From positions 930,001 to 994,000 of the forward strand of contig OZ037837.1 of assembly GCA_964035575.1 (NCBI GenBank): a stretch of 64,000 nucleotides of DNA. The letters run 5' to 3'. The position numbers were made by a program, and so were the translations under genes. The DNA comes from Rhynchopus sp. YZ270_cl-10. Its lineage: Eukaryota. Positions 10,024 through 23,156 of the stretch are shown here, piece by piece (the first letter of the stretch is position 1; each line of letters starts with the position of its first letter). The notes beneath the pieces are model-generated. The model was given only the letters and a program-made list of their open reading frames with translations, was not told the DNA's origin and ran no database searches.

Positions 10024-13000
10024 CTAGCCACGTCCGTTCAGTGCAGCTGCGCTATCGTCTCCTCCACTGCAACGCGAAGCCCGCAACGGCCGATTCATCC
10101 GTCTTCCAACTGCAGCGAAGTCTTCATCACCTTCATCGGTAACGGAGCTGGTGTCTTCGTTGCTGTTCAATGCAGAAAAGTCGAGGTTAAGTGCGTTCTT
10201 CGAAATGTTGTAGTTCATCAGCGCACCTGTCGATGTGGCCGCCAAGTCTTCAACGTCACAATAGGAGCCACACCTCCCTTCCTCCCAAAACATGCCGTGC
10301 TGTCCCTGCAGCAGTGCCTGCGATTCAGATGGGGACAAAAGCGAAGGTGATTTCTTCAGCTGCGCGAGGCGTACTGCAAGAAACTTCGCGTCTTTCTTGT
10401 GCAAAACGATGTTGCACCTCAAATACAACCCCTGTGCCTCGTTGTTGTAGTCGCCACACTCGTGCAGTCCTTTCTTCAAGATGCGGCGTGCCATATCGGT
10501 GTCATCCTGAGCCCTCAACCAGTACTGTTGTGCGGTGATTTAAAGGTAATGTGAAAGAGGAACACAATAAAGTCTTTGAAAGAAATATGGGGTTTTGGGT
10601 TTCTGCTGCTATTGTTTTCTTGTTCTTGATAATCTGTTGCTTTAGTGTGGCCGCCATTCAGACAGCTTCACTGTCCTCCTTCTTAGTTGCAGGAGGGGAG
10701 GACAGTATCGCATACATGAAAGAGCAAGAAGTGAGACAAAACAAGACAAAGAGCATGCATACGTTTTCAAAACCCCAATCCTGTTCTGCAAGGAGTTCGA
10801 ACTGCGCACGCAAGTACATTTCTGCAACTTGAAGTTTCAGCTCCCCTCCAAGGTTCCATAAGTAATTAGCAAGATACACAGGGGTGGCACACATGTTCCG
10901 CACACGCTGTTTCCTTGCGGATTCGAAGATGCATGTGTACAGCACCTTCAGACGGTCCACAAATTCACGTTCCTTCCCTTCTTGGAAGTAGGTCCAGCCC
11001 TCGTGTGCCTTTGTTCCTTCACATGGTATTCTCACGAAGTACTTTGGTGCCACACGCAGGGTGGGCAGCGCGGAACAGAAGTTCATCCCAACGGCTACAA
11101 GGATGGCGATGCTGTGGTGCGTCTTCTCACAGAGCTGGCTGTGCTCACCGTCCGTGCCGGAGGTGAAGGAGAAGCCCTGCTGCGAGACGCACATTTCTGT
11201 GCTCAGTTCGATCAGCGACTTCGCCAACGTCTGTCTCGCATGTTCCTTTGAGGTGAAGCCGTACTGTGCAGGTTCCGCCTGTACGGTGGCCATCCACGAT
11301 GTGAACTTGTCACGGGTGACTTCAATAGGCTCTGCACCGTCGTCATCAAACTTGCCGTCCACATACTTAAGTAGATGTTGGGATACTTTTTGCACAACGT
11401 AATAATACTCTGAGGCATCGCCATCCGTGTCCAGGGCACGCTGTGCACTGTCCTGGGATGCTTCCATCTGTTCAGCCCCACTTTGCACCCCCTCTCTTTT
11501 CATCCGTTTCTCACGTTCCCAATCTTCTTCGATGCTGATGCTGAGCAGCGGTGTTGAACGGAATAAGAAGAAGAACAGCAGACGCTGTTTCGCAGACGTG
11601 AACGAGCCGATCAGACACTGCACAAAACGCAGTGGGAGGGACGGCGACGTGACTATCGTGGTTGTCTTCAGCAGCTGCTGCACCTCCCCGACAGTGATGC
11701 GGAACTCCTTCCCTCCGTACACATCGCTCACAGGCGGGGGGCACTCCTCAGGTGTGTCACGCGCATGTTTGACTATCGTCTTGAAGAACGCGTCTTCGTC
11801 TGTGTGCTCGTCGTGGTAGGCCTGGATGGATGTTCCCGAAACAGTGACCACATCGTTCACATCCATATCCTTCTCCCAATCCTCCGCGAGTTCCACGTGC
11901 GGGATGTTTGCAAGTTCGTCACCGTGTCGTCTTGGCATGCCTTCTGCAGTGTGATCCCCTTCAGGACGCTTCTTGCGGTTCAACCCACTCAAAAACGTCT
12001 TCCCTGGGCGGTACGTAGTGGGCACAGCCCACGTCAGGTTGCACGCAGCATGGTGCCACGCCCATCTGCTTGCACCCAGTATCATTAAATTTGCACTGTC
12101 ACTCACAGGTCTGACAGTGTCCATCAGATCGTGCAACATCGCCCGCCGTTCCGTTCCGTGGAGCATCTGAGACTTGCGGCTGAAGAACACGTCACACTCG
12201 TCTGTGCACAAGAAGCTCTGCCTGTCCAATGTATCGTCCTTTGCTGTCTTGCTCTCAGGACGCAAACACTCATCCGCAGCACCGTTCTTGCCCCAAACAG
12301 AACACAGGCCAGTCAGCTGTATGCCAGAGCACCAGGCACGGAGCTCTTTGTCCGTGCGCAGCAGCGAGCCACGTGAGATGAGGCTGACATGGAGGCACGC
12401 GCCACGTGCCTGAACATCCTCCACAACAAACATCTCAAGCGCAGGGAGGAGGAAGTCGTGTCCGTCGCTCAGCAGCCCCACACACTCGCCGTGCATCTTC
12501 CCGTGCGCGCTGAAGAGAATCGTTGTCATGCTGCTGCTGCTCTTCTTGCGTGTCTCCACCTCAACTTGCTCGCCAGGGACGTGTGTCAGGAAAGGGTCCT
12601 CAGGCTTCGCATCTTCCCATCTGAGTAACGTGTTCAGATCAAACCCCACGTCCTCCCCTCTTTCCTTGCGTGCCTGCTTGTGTGCCTGCATGCATTTGTC
12701 TTTGAACTCATGTTCGTAGCAAAGCTCGCCTTCATACGCAGCCTCCTCGCCACCCCTCCCTGTCCATCTGCGCTCTGACGCCTTCCAGAGTCTTCCAGAG
12801 TTGTCGTTGAAGTCAGACGTGAAGTCCACCTTCGTCCTTGCTTCCTGTGTCTCGCTTCTGCTGTCCTTCTCGTGCTTCACAGCACGGTTTCTGTAGCGGC
12901 GCTCCACATCCCAGAGAGTGATGTCGGGCTGGCAGTACAGCTCACCACGCTTCAGGTGGAGGTGGTGGATCAGCACAGTGTCCGTCACGTTCTCCACCTT

Positions 13001-16000
13001 GCGGAAAAGCACCCGCTCCTTCTCCACGCTTGTCACCAGCACAGCGTTCACAGCACCCCACAGCCTGGACCACGTGTGCAGCTGAGCCCTGCTCTCCTCC
13101 GTTTCAATGCGGCTCCCAAACACTGTTGGGTCGTACAGGTTGAGAGAGGGCTGCCGCAACTGCTCCACAAGCGTCGGCAGTGTCTCCTTCTTCCCGTCCT
13201 CCCAGGCACCACCCTCCACGGCTTCATCCCAGTCGTGTTTGAAGACAAAGTAGCCGCCAGCGTTCTGCCTGCGTATCTGCTTCGGCTCCACCTCGGCTGT
13301 GCTCCACACCGTGTCCAGATACTGCTGCTTTGTAACGTAGCTGCCTTCGTACATTCTGCGCTTCGTGCTGCACACGTCTGCCTCTTGCATATCTGACCAT
13401 GGTTCCGTGTCCTGCAAAGCAACTTCGTGCTCGAAGTAGCGGATTCCGTTCTTGTCCATTCTGCGTGGAAGTTCCTCCTCCTCAGCAAGAGCCTTCCACT
13501 TGTCCTGTCTGAAACCATTTGAAGGATTGCACAATTGTGCGTAACTCTGGAAATCATCATCACCTTGACACTTCCTACGCCCCGTGCTGCGCATATCGGT
13601 CATTGCACGCATCTCGTCTGTTGCATCCACAAGGGGAAAGAGCTCGTTCCCACGCGAGCAAAGCACCTTGAGACAGAAGAGGCTTGCTTCCAGACGGCCA
13701 AGAGGGCACTGCAGCACATTCAGCACGGAGCACGTCTTGCACAGCCCCATGATGGTCTGCATCATGCGCTCCACGTGCACGGCGTACTCAGATGCGCACA
13801 GCGCAGCAGGCTCGTTCCCAAAGAAGGCTTCGTAGCGGGCACGCACGTTGCGGATCAGCTCAGCTGCGAGAGAGATGTGTTCACGGTCGTCTGCCATCCG
13901 CATCACCTCCAGCGCAAAGTTCTTCACCTTCCACAGCGGCTCGTCGTACCGGAGCACTGCAGGCTGGAGCCTGTCCAGACACACGTGAAGGCGCTGCGCC
14001 AGGTCTTGCGAGCGATCACAGGCATCAAGATAGTTCTCTGTGCCTCTGTTTTGACGGCGCGACATCTTCAGTTGTGGTGTTTCGCCAAACGCGTCCGTCT
14101 CGCAGGCGTCGCATTGCATGTCCAGAAGCAACGTCATCACCGACGCGTCGCACCAACGCGCAGCAGCAACAAGCGCGCCGGGGAGCTTTGGGTACGTCCT
14201 GTTCGAAGCAAGCTCCCGTTGTGCTGAGTGCTGCTGTGCGTCAACCGCCTTCTGCAGGAGTTCGATGAAGAGAACAGCCTCACGCTGGCGGCTGTCGAAC
14301 AGGTCCGAGAAGGCCATGTCCACCACGTCCACGTCGTACAGCGCTTCCGTGGCGCACTGCGGCCAGGTGTCACCCAGGTCGGAGAACGTGCTTGACACAA
14401 GGGTGCCTCTGTTGTGCGCACACCTGATGTTGATGACCTGCTGGATGTGCATCATGCGCTGTGCCGCAACCTCCCCCAGGTGTGGATCGTCCCCGTCCTC
14501 TGCGTCGCATGTGTGTGTGTCACGCACCTGCAGAGGCCTTTGCTTTTGCTTTTGCTTTTGGTTTTGGTTTTGCTGCTCAGTGTCGCAGATGCTGAGCTGC
14601 ACAACATGCCTGTTGACACGCAGCGCTTGCAGAAGGAGCTCCGCACCCTCGACACCGACACCATTGTTGCGGATGTCAACCCGCACCAGGTGCACCTGCT
14701 TCGCGATGATCTGGTGCAGCAGTACAGCACCTGCATCGAGAAAAGCAAGCCCCTCCTGGCCATCCTCACGCCGCATCTCGATGCTCACCTCCCACTGCTC
14801 CGTCGGGTTCATCGCCTTCAGCTGGTAGTAGCCCGAGCTTGCGTTCTCTTCCTCCTGCAGGCTGCGGGCGTCCTTCGCCTTCGAGGGCTTCAGGTGGCAC
14901 GTCACCTCAACAAACGTGAGCGCTTTCGAGTGGCGCAGGCCGAGAACCAAAGACACTGCGTTGAGCACCTGCCGCCCCTCCTCCGAGGACTGGTCAAAGA
15001 TCACACAGGGGTGCTCGTGGGTGAAGCGGTTCAGCTTGTGGGCATCGGACAGGAAACTGTTCCAGCTGTCGGCCACGTTGCCAGTGCAAAGCTTCGTGCT
15101 GTTGCTTGTCATCACAGGCGACAGCTGGAGTGCGTCGAAGTTCACCACAACTGTGTACACCCACTTCGCATCCACACAGCCTTCGCTTGCGCTCTTCAGG
15201 GAAAGGTCGAGAACACCGTTCCCAGAGTCCACTGCAGACACTGCTGAGAAGACCACACGCGCGACCTCCTTCGTCTGTGCGCTTGCCAGGGAGCAGCGGA
15301 TGCGGATCTTCTCCATCGACAGCTCGTCGACCTCAGAAATCTCGAAGAGCTGGAAGTCTTTCTTCCCGAGAATCGACTGCTGGTCCTCCGTCAGCATCGA
15401 GTCCACCTTGAACATTGAGTTCAGTGGGAACAGCCACTCCTCTTCACGGCCGAACCTGCTCCAGGGTGCGATCAGCCTGCAAGACGACCCTGTCACAATG
15501 AAGACCGACGCCGTCATCCCGCTCGCGGAGCTGGCGTAGAACTGCGAGATGCCCTGGTCCGTCGACGTCGACGAGAACGCAGACCACACCACCACGTTCC
15601 CCGTTGCGTAGAGCTCAGGGGGCAGGCGTGCGTTCCCAAGCCCGCGGTAGCACTTCTGCTCTGTCTCCGGCGCACACCGCCACCCCCGGTACGACAGCAC
15701 AGGCGACATCTCCTTCATTGCCTCGTTCACGTAGAACAGCAGCGGCCGCACCTGCCCCGACACCCAGTCCCCCATTTGCACCTTCACCGTGTTTGGTTCC
15801 ATGTACTCCGGTGCCTCCTTGTCGTACCGTGCCGTGTACCGGTAGTAGCCAAGCCCGCTGTAGTGCACAGGGTCCAGGTAGTCCTCGTCGCTGAGCGGCA
15901 GGGTGTCGTCCTTCTTCTTATCCTCGATGATGTCGCGTGACGTGTACCAGAGCGACGTCCCGCTCGTCTCGGATTCGAAGCACGTCTGGTGCGACAGCCT

Positions 16001-18253
16001 CATCAAGTCTCTGAGGCAGGTCCTCAGGGTCGCGTGCTTGCGTGCCACCTCGCGGAGCGTGCCCATACCCTTCCCAAGCGACGCGACGCTGCGTGCACAG
16101 AAGACCTCGCTCGTCTTGTCCTTGCGCGTCACAGTGATCTGCGTCTTGTGTGCCTTGTTCTGCGCATCACGCATCGACGCGTTCAAGACGTAGTACGGCT
16201 GGTCCGCAAACTCGCAGCAGGATTTATACAGCACACACGGTGGCACGTCTGCTCCAGGTACGGCGATGAACTTGTTCTTCCCAGACAGCGAAGCGTGCAG
16301 GGGTTCAACGTGTGCCCAGTCTGCCACGCCTGCCGAGGACCAGTACACGGCCTGGATGTCGAGAGCGTGCAGGATCGTCAGCGGCGTCGGTGCCTGGCCT
16401 TCGGGGGCCTCACGCACGGCGATGGCGACCTTGTGTGCCACGAGCGCTTGGAACGGGCTGTAGTCTTGTTTGTGCTCGGTACTCAGTGCGTCGAGGTCTT
16501 CCTTGCAGCCTTTGGCGTACTGCTGCTGGTTCTTCTCGCGCACGCAACGGTCCTTCAGCGCACCCACCGCACAGAAGAAGCAGCAGCTGTCGTCACAGCG
16601 GACGTACGCTGTCTCTGTCCCCGCCACCTTGTCCTTCCTCCCCGCAAGCAGCACCTTCTCCTCACGCGCACGGCACGCAAACGCGTCCTCGGAACGCAGA
16701 TAGTGCAGACCACCCTCGGCAATCTCAAGGTGCTCACAGGTGCGTCTGCTTTGCAAGTACTCCAGCACACCGGGTGGGGGCAGTCGTGCGAGAGACAGAG
16801 ACATCGTCTGTGTGTGCTGCACGTCCGCCGTCGCAGTGTGGAGGCCTTCAAAGATGCAGGACGGGGCCGGAAGCCACGCAACCGAGTCCGAGTACGGGTG
16901 CAGCGCAACACGTTTCTTCAGGCTCGCGAGTGTCTCCGCATCTGCTGTGCCTTGCGTGTGTGCAGCCTCGTACTCTGCCCTCACGTCTGCCAGTTTGTAC
17001 CGTGCTATGTAGAACTCCTTTGCCACGTCCTTGGTCGTGTCCGTGGTGGCAGTAGCAGGGGCAGTGTCCGTGGTGTTGGTGGTGGTAGTGGTGTCACCAC
17101 GACATTTGCAACCCTCAAAGAAGGGCGTGCTCACAAAGACCGTGAGCCCCTCCCAGCCCGCAAACACCCCACCAACCTTCCCTGCAAAGCCACGCACCCG
17201 TTCGTCCCCCTCGCTGCTGCTGCCGCCCACCATGCGCCCGTCGCAGAACACCACCTGCATCTGCGTGGGCAGCTCGAAGGCGGCACTGGCCGGCTGCCTG
17301 CTGGGGGTGGTGCCCGCACCCCTCGTGTCCTCCGCAACCCTTGCAAGCGCACGCCTTGCCTCTGTGATGGTGTCGTTCAGTGGTGCGAGCGGCAGCTCCC
17401 GTGGACGTGTCAGGTCTTCGTCCTCCCCACACAGGGGTGCCCCGTCCTTCGTGCAGTGCGCAAGGAAGTCCTTCTCCAGCACAACTGCGTGCGCCGACGA
17501 GAACGGCGTCCACCGTCCGTGCCCATCCGAGGAGACCCAGAAGGCCCACGTGTACTCCGTCATGACCGCAGTCGAGTAGATGAAGAGCGGCACCACCACC
17601 TCCGCCACCTCCCCGTAGTTGTGCTTGTGCTGCATGAAGGTGCAGTTGTGCTTCACCCTGTCCACAGCACTCCGCGGCCACAGCTTCCGTCCAGGTCCGA
17701 ACCAGTCTGCAAGCCCGTCGACCACCTCCGACACACTCTGTGTGGGTCTGTACTCGGCGCTGTAGGGGTCCACCAGCTGCTCACTTTGTCCCGCATTTGC
17801 TTGCGTCACGTCTGCTGAGGCGTCGAACTTCAGTTGTGTCTGCACAGGTGTGTCCTTTGCCTCCTGTCCCTTCGCCTTCCCGGCCTTCGCGAAGACTGTC
17901 GCAAGCACATCTCGAAGGCCCTGCGAAACGTCCTTCTCGAAACGCTCCTTGAACGTCGCGTGGTTGGGTCTGCACGCGTCCCAGAGTGTCCCCAGCGCCG
18001 CTTCGAGCGATGATGATGTGCTCGAGGGGTGCGACACCTCTGCGCACGCCGCAGTGCTGCCTTCTGCCGCAAGCTTGTTCTTCTCCACGTCCGTCGCAGG
18101 CGCTGCCCCACGCAGGCCGTCGATGTAGCACGCCAGGTGCGCCAACGGGTCGCACGGCATGCGGCGAAGCAGCTCGTTCACAAGCTCGTCGACCAGCTTC
18201 AGGATGCCGTGCTCCTTCTCGTATTCTTTCACCTTCTTGCGTGGGCCGGACAT
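10024..18253 (-). CDS. Giant multidomain ADP-ribosylation protein: RIIa/Dpy-30-like D/D, WWE-like, R-S-E ART, RI-like LRR, ankyrin, degenerate second ART, C-terminal macrodomain/PARG-like region; exons 18253-10763 and 10524-10024 (~2663 aa)
   Basis: 2554-aa ORF. ART motifs CYRG...WSAFSSTS...FGREEEWLFP (~15400-15660). N-terminal YEKEHGILKLVDELVNELLRRMPCDPLAHLACYI. Phase-0 GT-AG intron 10525-10762 (aac|gtatgc ... caacag|tactgg) joins the 164-aa ORF in frame. Confidence 0.85.
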
Positions 18254-18920
18254 GGTGGTGTGCTGCTTCCTGCAAGGTGTGTGGTGTGAGGAGGGTGTGT
18301 GGGTGCATGCTTCTGAAGCCACATCCCAGAAGATGATGTGGAGAAGGTGAAGAAGTGTTGGGAAAATGGAGCTTCTGGGCGGGCAAAAGAGTTGCGGACA
18401 CGTTTGGTGTTTAGGTTGAATGAAACGCGACGCAAAACAAGTTTGTTGATTTGTAACTACTGTTCGAGGCAGTAGATATGTTATTGTTACTATTTTTATT
18501 TAGTATTTAGTATTCACTCTCGTCACTTTAGCGTTGCCAAGGCAGTGTGACTGCTTTTATCTGTTTTGCAACGTTGAAAATTATGTTGAAAATTACAGAT
18601 TCATCTTCCTTCAATCCAAGAATTTTTTTGAAAAAAGGTGATGGTGTGGCTGAAACCAGCAAATTTCACTGCTAAAGAACTGCTAACAAACTGCTAAATA
18701 ATACCCTTTTTTTAGGGGTGGTGTATAAAAACATTTTTTTACCTTGGTTTTTCCACTCCCCCTGTTGGCGCGCCTCCACTCTTGCATACCCATGTGTGAC
18801 CCCACCGTTGAACGCAATCGACTCGCTGAGTCAAAAGAACGCACAGAACGGGGCTGGAAAGAATCACGAAAAACGCGTACCGTGCGCCTGCGGCGCCCAC
18901 AAAGTGAGTTTTCCCCCTGA

Positions 18921-19162
18921 GTATACTGTGTATACTGTGTATACTGTGTATACTGTGTATACTGTGTATACTGTGTATACTGTGTATACTGTGTATACTG
19001 TGTATACTGTGTATACTGTGTATACTGTGTATACTGTGTATACTGTGTATACTGTGTATACTGTGTATACTGTGTATACTGTGTATACTGTGTATACTGT
19101 GTATACTGTGTATACTGTGTATACTGTGTATACTGTGTATACTGTGTATACTGTGTATACTG
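18921..19162. repeat. (TATACTGTG)n 9-bp satellite, ~27 copies
   Basis: Perfect tandem array. Confidence 0.97.
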
Positions 19163-20252
19163 CGGAAATTGACCAAAAACGAGAACTTGTCCATTTCGGC
19201 GAATTGACCCCACCACTGGCCGGACGGATTCCGAAAATGCAAATGCCGGCGTTAAAAAGCTCACCAACGGAAAAAAAAATTTTTTTTTCCAACACCCGTG
19301 GGGAATAGCTATTTATTAACAACAAATAATGGGTCATAATTTCACTCGAGAATCGGTGAGTGCTCCTCGAGTGCCCGAAGGGCACGAGAGGGGCACGAAC
19401 CGATTCGAGAGTGAAATTATGGCCCAATTTGGAGTTGATAAGGTAGTTTTATTGCCCGTGGTGAAAATTTTGAGCACTCTTGATTTTTGGAGTTAAATAA
19501 AGTGGCTTTATGGGGTGTATCTTCACTTTATGGGGTGTATTTTCACTTTGTGGCCCAAAAACAGGGGTTTTTTGTGTTTTTCTGACTGAAAAACACCACA
19601 AACAGGCAAAAAAAGGGTGACAGGAGGGGATGGGAGTGTAACATCGGGGGCGAAGTGTAAAAGAATCAGAAAAAAAGTGAAATTCCGGGGGTGTCACTGC
19701 AAAAGCAACCCAGCAATGCTCAGTTTACCGCAGCATAGTAGTAGCATCCCAGGGGGAGTACTGAACGGGATACAACCCGAACTCAAACAGAAAAATTATG
19801 CTCACATCGGGTCGTTCTTCCTCTTCGGGAACATTTTTTGTGTTGTGGTGTGTGATTTTTTCGCATTTTCTCTGGGGAAATGGTATAGGTGGCGTTATTT
19901 ATTGGGTCGAGATAGGGGAAATCAAGCCTCAAGTAAAATACACCCCCACAAACCACTATAGTAACCCCAAATTGGGCCAAAATTTCACTCGAGAATCCGT
20001 TGTGCCCCCTCTCGTGCCCTTCGGGCACTCGAAGAGCACTCACCGATTCGAGAGTGAAATTATTTGCACCACAGCATTGTATATGGGGGGAATTTTTTTG
20101 GAAACTCAAAACCGCGTTTTAGACCCCCACAGAGGCTCAAAAGTGTCAAATTCTGGTTTTAATGGCCTCAAATCGTCGAAATTAGCCCTTTTTAGGCGAA
20201 AAAAATTTTTTGCAGAGTCCCTTTCTATGGGGCACAATAGCTGGAAATGGGT

Positions 20253-20348
20253 CACTTTATGGAGTGAAAAAATCACTTTATGGAGTAAAAAAACCACTTT
20301 ATGGAGTAAAAAATCACTTTATGGAGTAAAAATTTACTTTATGGAGTG
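20253..20348. repeat. ~21-bp tandem repeat CACTTTATGGAGTAAAAAAAT, ~5 copies
   Basis: Seen directly; likely subterminal repeats of the surrounding foldback-like element. Confidence 0.8.
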
Positions 20349-20694
20349 ACCATAAAGTGAGTAGAGTTGTATAAAGTGGGGGTGGAGGGTACATAATAGA
20401 GTGCAAAAAATTTTCACCAGGGCAATAAAAATTTTTTTATACACCACCCCCCCAAAAATGCATGCTAACAAAGTGCTAACAAACTGCTAAATTGGTGTGA
20501 TTTTCCTAAAAATTAGGTGTAAATTGGGTACTTCTTGGGTCCTTCTAGGGTATAGTGATTTTCCTTAGGGCACTTCCTTAAGGAAAACGTGATCTTTTTC
20601 CCGAGCTTTCCCTGTGGTTAGTAGCCTTCAAGTTGGTACATCCGAGAGCCCCACGTGTTCGGTGGTGGAAATTTTCACAAAATCCGGGGTTGGC

Positions 20695-21443
20695 ACCCAG
20701 TACCCAGTACCCAGTACCCAGTACCCAGTACCCAGTACCCAGTACCCAGTACCCAGTACCCAGTACCCAGTACCCAGTACCCAGTACCCAGTACCCAGTA
20801 CCCAGTACCCAGTACCCAGTACCCAGTACCCAGTACCCAGTACCCAGTACCCAGTACCCAGTACCCAGTACCCAGTACCCAGTACCCAGTACCCAGTACC
20901 CAGTACCCAGTACCCAGTACCCAGTACCCAGTACCCAGTACCCAGTACCCAGTACCCAGTACCCAGTACCCAGTACCCAGTACCCAGTACCCAGTACCCA
21001 GTACCCAGTACCCAGTACCCAGTACCCAGTACCCAGTACCCAGTACCCAGTACCCAGTACCCAGTACCCAGTACCCAGTACCCAGTACCCAGTACCCAGT
21101 ACCCAGTACCCAGTACCCAGTACCCAGTACCCAGTACCCAGTACCCAGTACCCAGTACCCAGTACCCAGTACCCAGTACCCAGTACCCAGTACCCAGTAC
21201 CCAGTACCCAGTACCCAGTACCCAGTACCCAGTACCCAGTACCCAGTACCCAGTACCCAGTACCCAGTACCCAGTACCCAGTACCCAGTACCCAGTACCC
21301 AGTACCCAGTACCCAGTACCCAGTACCCAGTACCCAGTACCCAGTACCCAGTACCCAGTACCCAGTACCCAGTACCCAGTACCCAGTACCCAGTACCCAG
21401 TACCCAGTACCTAGTACCTAGTACCTAGTACCTAGTACCTAGT
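20695..21443. repeat. (ACCCAGT)n 7-bp satellite, ~107 copies, ending in ACCTAGT variants
   Basis: Perfect tandem array; the last ~5 units share a C>T variant. Confidence 0.98.
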
Positions 21444-21933
21444 GCCCACCAGTCCCCTAGTGCATTTTACCTGTCATGACCAGACCTGACGCTAACTTTT
21501 GGGTTTTTGGGAAATCGTGGGATGATGGTCGAATATGGGGGGGTCCGAGACGACAGTGGCTTGCGACGACCACTACCAGGTGTTCAGGTTGCTGCAACCA
21601 AACTATGTCATGGGTGGGGTGGGTTGCAAAGCTTGCGCCGCAGGCGCACGGTACGCTACTTTTATTCTTTCGACGTATCTTTTTCTCACTCCTCGTTGGG
21701 TTCTACGAGGTCCTACCGTCAAATTGTGGGGGTCACAACGCGCAGCAAAGTTCGCAGCTATGCAAACTGCCCCCACGTTTACTTTGCACTTTACCCTCAG
21801 TGGTCAAGTACTTACCATATATTACACACAAAACCTGAAAGGGTTAAATCCGGTGGTACCCATTTTCCTAGTACCCATTTTCGTTAATACCCATTTTTCA
21901 AAAGTGGGTACTAACGAAAATAAAAAGTGGGTA

Positions 21934-22627
21934 CCTACCCTCCCCCGTGCATAAGTCCGACCCCCATTACCCGTGCATAAGTCCGATGACCCGTGTATAA
22001 GTCCGGGCAGATTTGGGCTCAGGATCGGACTTATGCACAGGCCGACTTATACACCGGTTCTGTGTACTGGTGGTGGGGAGATTTTTTTTTGGGGCGTTTT
22101 CCCGCTCGCGAAGCGAGCGGGGGACAATTTTTGGGGTGTTTTTCCGCGAGCGAAGCGAGCGCAATTTTATTTTTATTGGCGGTGTGTTCACCAGGGATCA
22201 TCTTCGCGCTTCTCATGTCAAAACATCATCCTCACAATTCTCAAAGATGTGAACCTATTACTGCAACATTGTAGAAAACTTTGCACCCCAAACAGTCTCA
22301 ACAGCCAAAAGGTGCCCCTTGTTGCTGGGAGTTGGTTCTCATGTTTGATACCTGCACAGCAGGCGTTCCTCTGAGTCAAACGCTGTTTTGCCTGCCTGCG
22401 GCGTTGAAAACGGTCGTTAAATTTTGCGGTGTCACATTCCCTCATGTGTGGGTCATTCACACTGAGGTCACGTGACACTGCGTGGGTCTGGGTACCTGGG
22501 TGCACAAAACCGGTGTATAAGTCCGATACCCGTGCATAAGTCCGAAACCCCGTGTATAAGTCCGGAGGCCCTCAGCCCCCCCAAAAATCGGACTTATACG
22601 CAGACTTATGCACGGGGGGGGGGTAGG
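21934..22627. mobile_element. Tc1/mariner-type (Stowaway-like) MITE, 694 bp, TA TSD
   Basis: TIRs CCTACCCTCCCCCGTGCATAAGTC...GACTTATGCACGGGGGGGGGGTAGG with TA on both sides. The empty site (agtgggTAttaaagaaaag) is preserved in the inverted arm at ~26275-26295. Subterminal ATAAGTCCG repeats. Confidence 0.85.
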
Positions 22628-22701
22628 TATTAAAGAAAAGAAAAAATGGGTATTATCGAAAATATTTTGGGTACCTGGGTACTGGGTACTGGGTACCCAG
22701 G

Positions 22702-23156
22702 TACCCAGATACCCAGATACCCAGATACCCAGATACCCAGATACCCAGATACCCAGATACCCAGATACCCAGATACCCAGATACCCAGATACCCAGATAC
22801 CCAGATACCCAGATACCCAGATACCCAGATACCCAGATACCCAGATACCCAGATACCCAGATACCCAGATACCCAGATACCCAGATACCCAGATACCCAG
22901 ATACCCAGATACCCAGATACCCAGATACCCAGATACCCAGATACCCAGATACCCAGATACCCAGATACCCAGATACCCAGATACCCAGATACCCAGATAC
23001 CCAGATACCCAGATACCCAGATACCCAGATACCCAGATACCCAGATACCCAGATACCCAGATACCCAGATACCCAGATACCCAGATACCCAGATACCCAG
23101 ATACCCAGATACCCAGATACCCAGATACCCAGATACCCAGATACCCAGATACCCAG
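22702..23156. repeat. (TACCCAGA)n 8-bp satellite, ~56 copies
   Basis: Perfect tandem array. Confidence 0.98.

Noticed and set aside
10658..10762. Hydrophobic C-terminus of the 2554-aa ORF as a TM anchor
   Set aside because: It is better explained as read-through into an intron (GTATGC donor, in-frame downstream exon).
15989..17818. 609-aa and other plus-strand ORFs overlapping large genes
   Set aside because: They are antisense frames of GC-rich coding sequence with no recognisable motifs.
18683..19427. (YTV)n/(QYT)n/(SIH)n ORFs
   Set aside because: They are translations of the 9-bp satellite.
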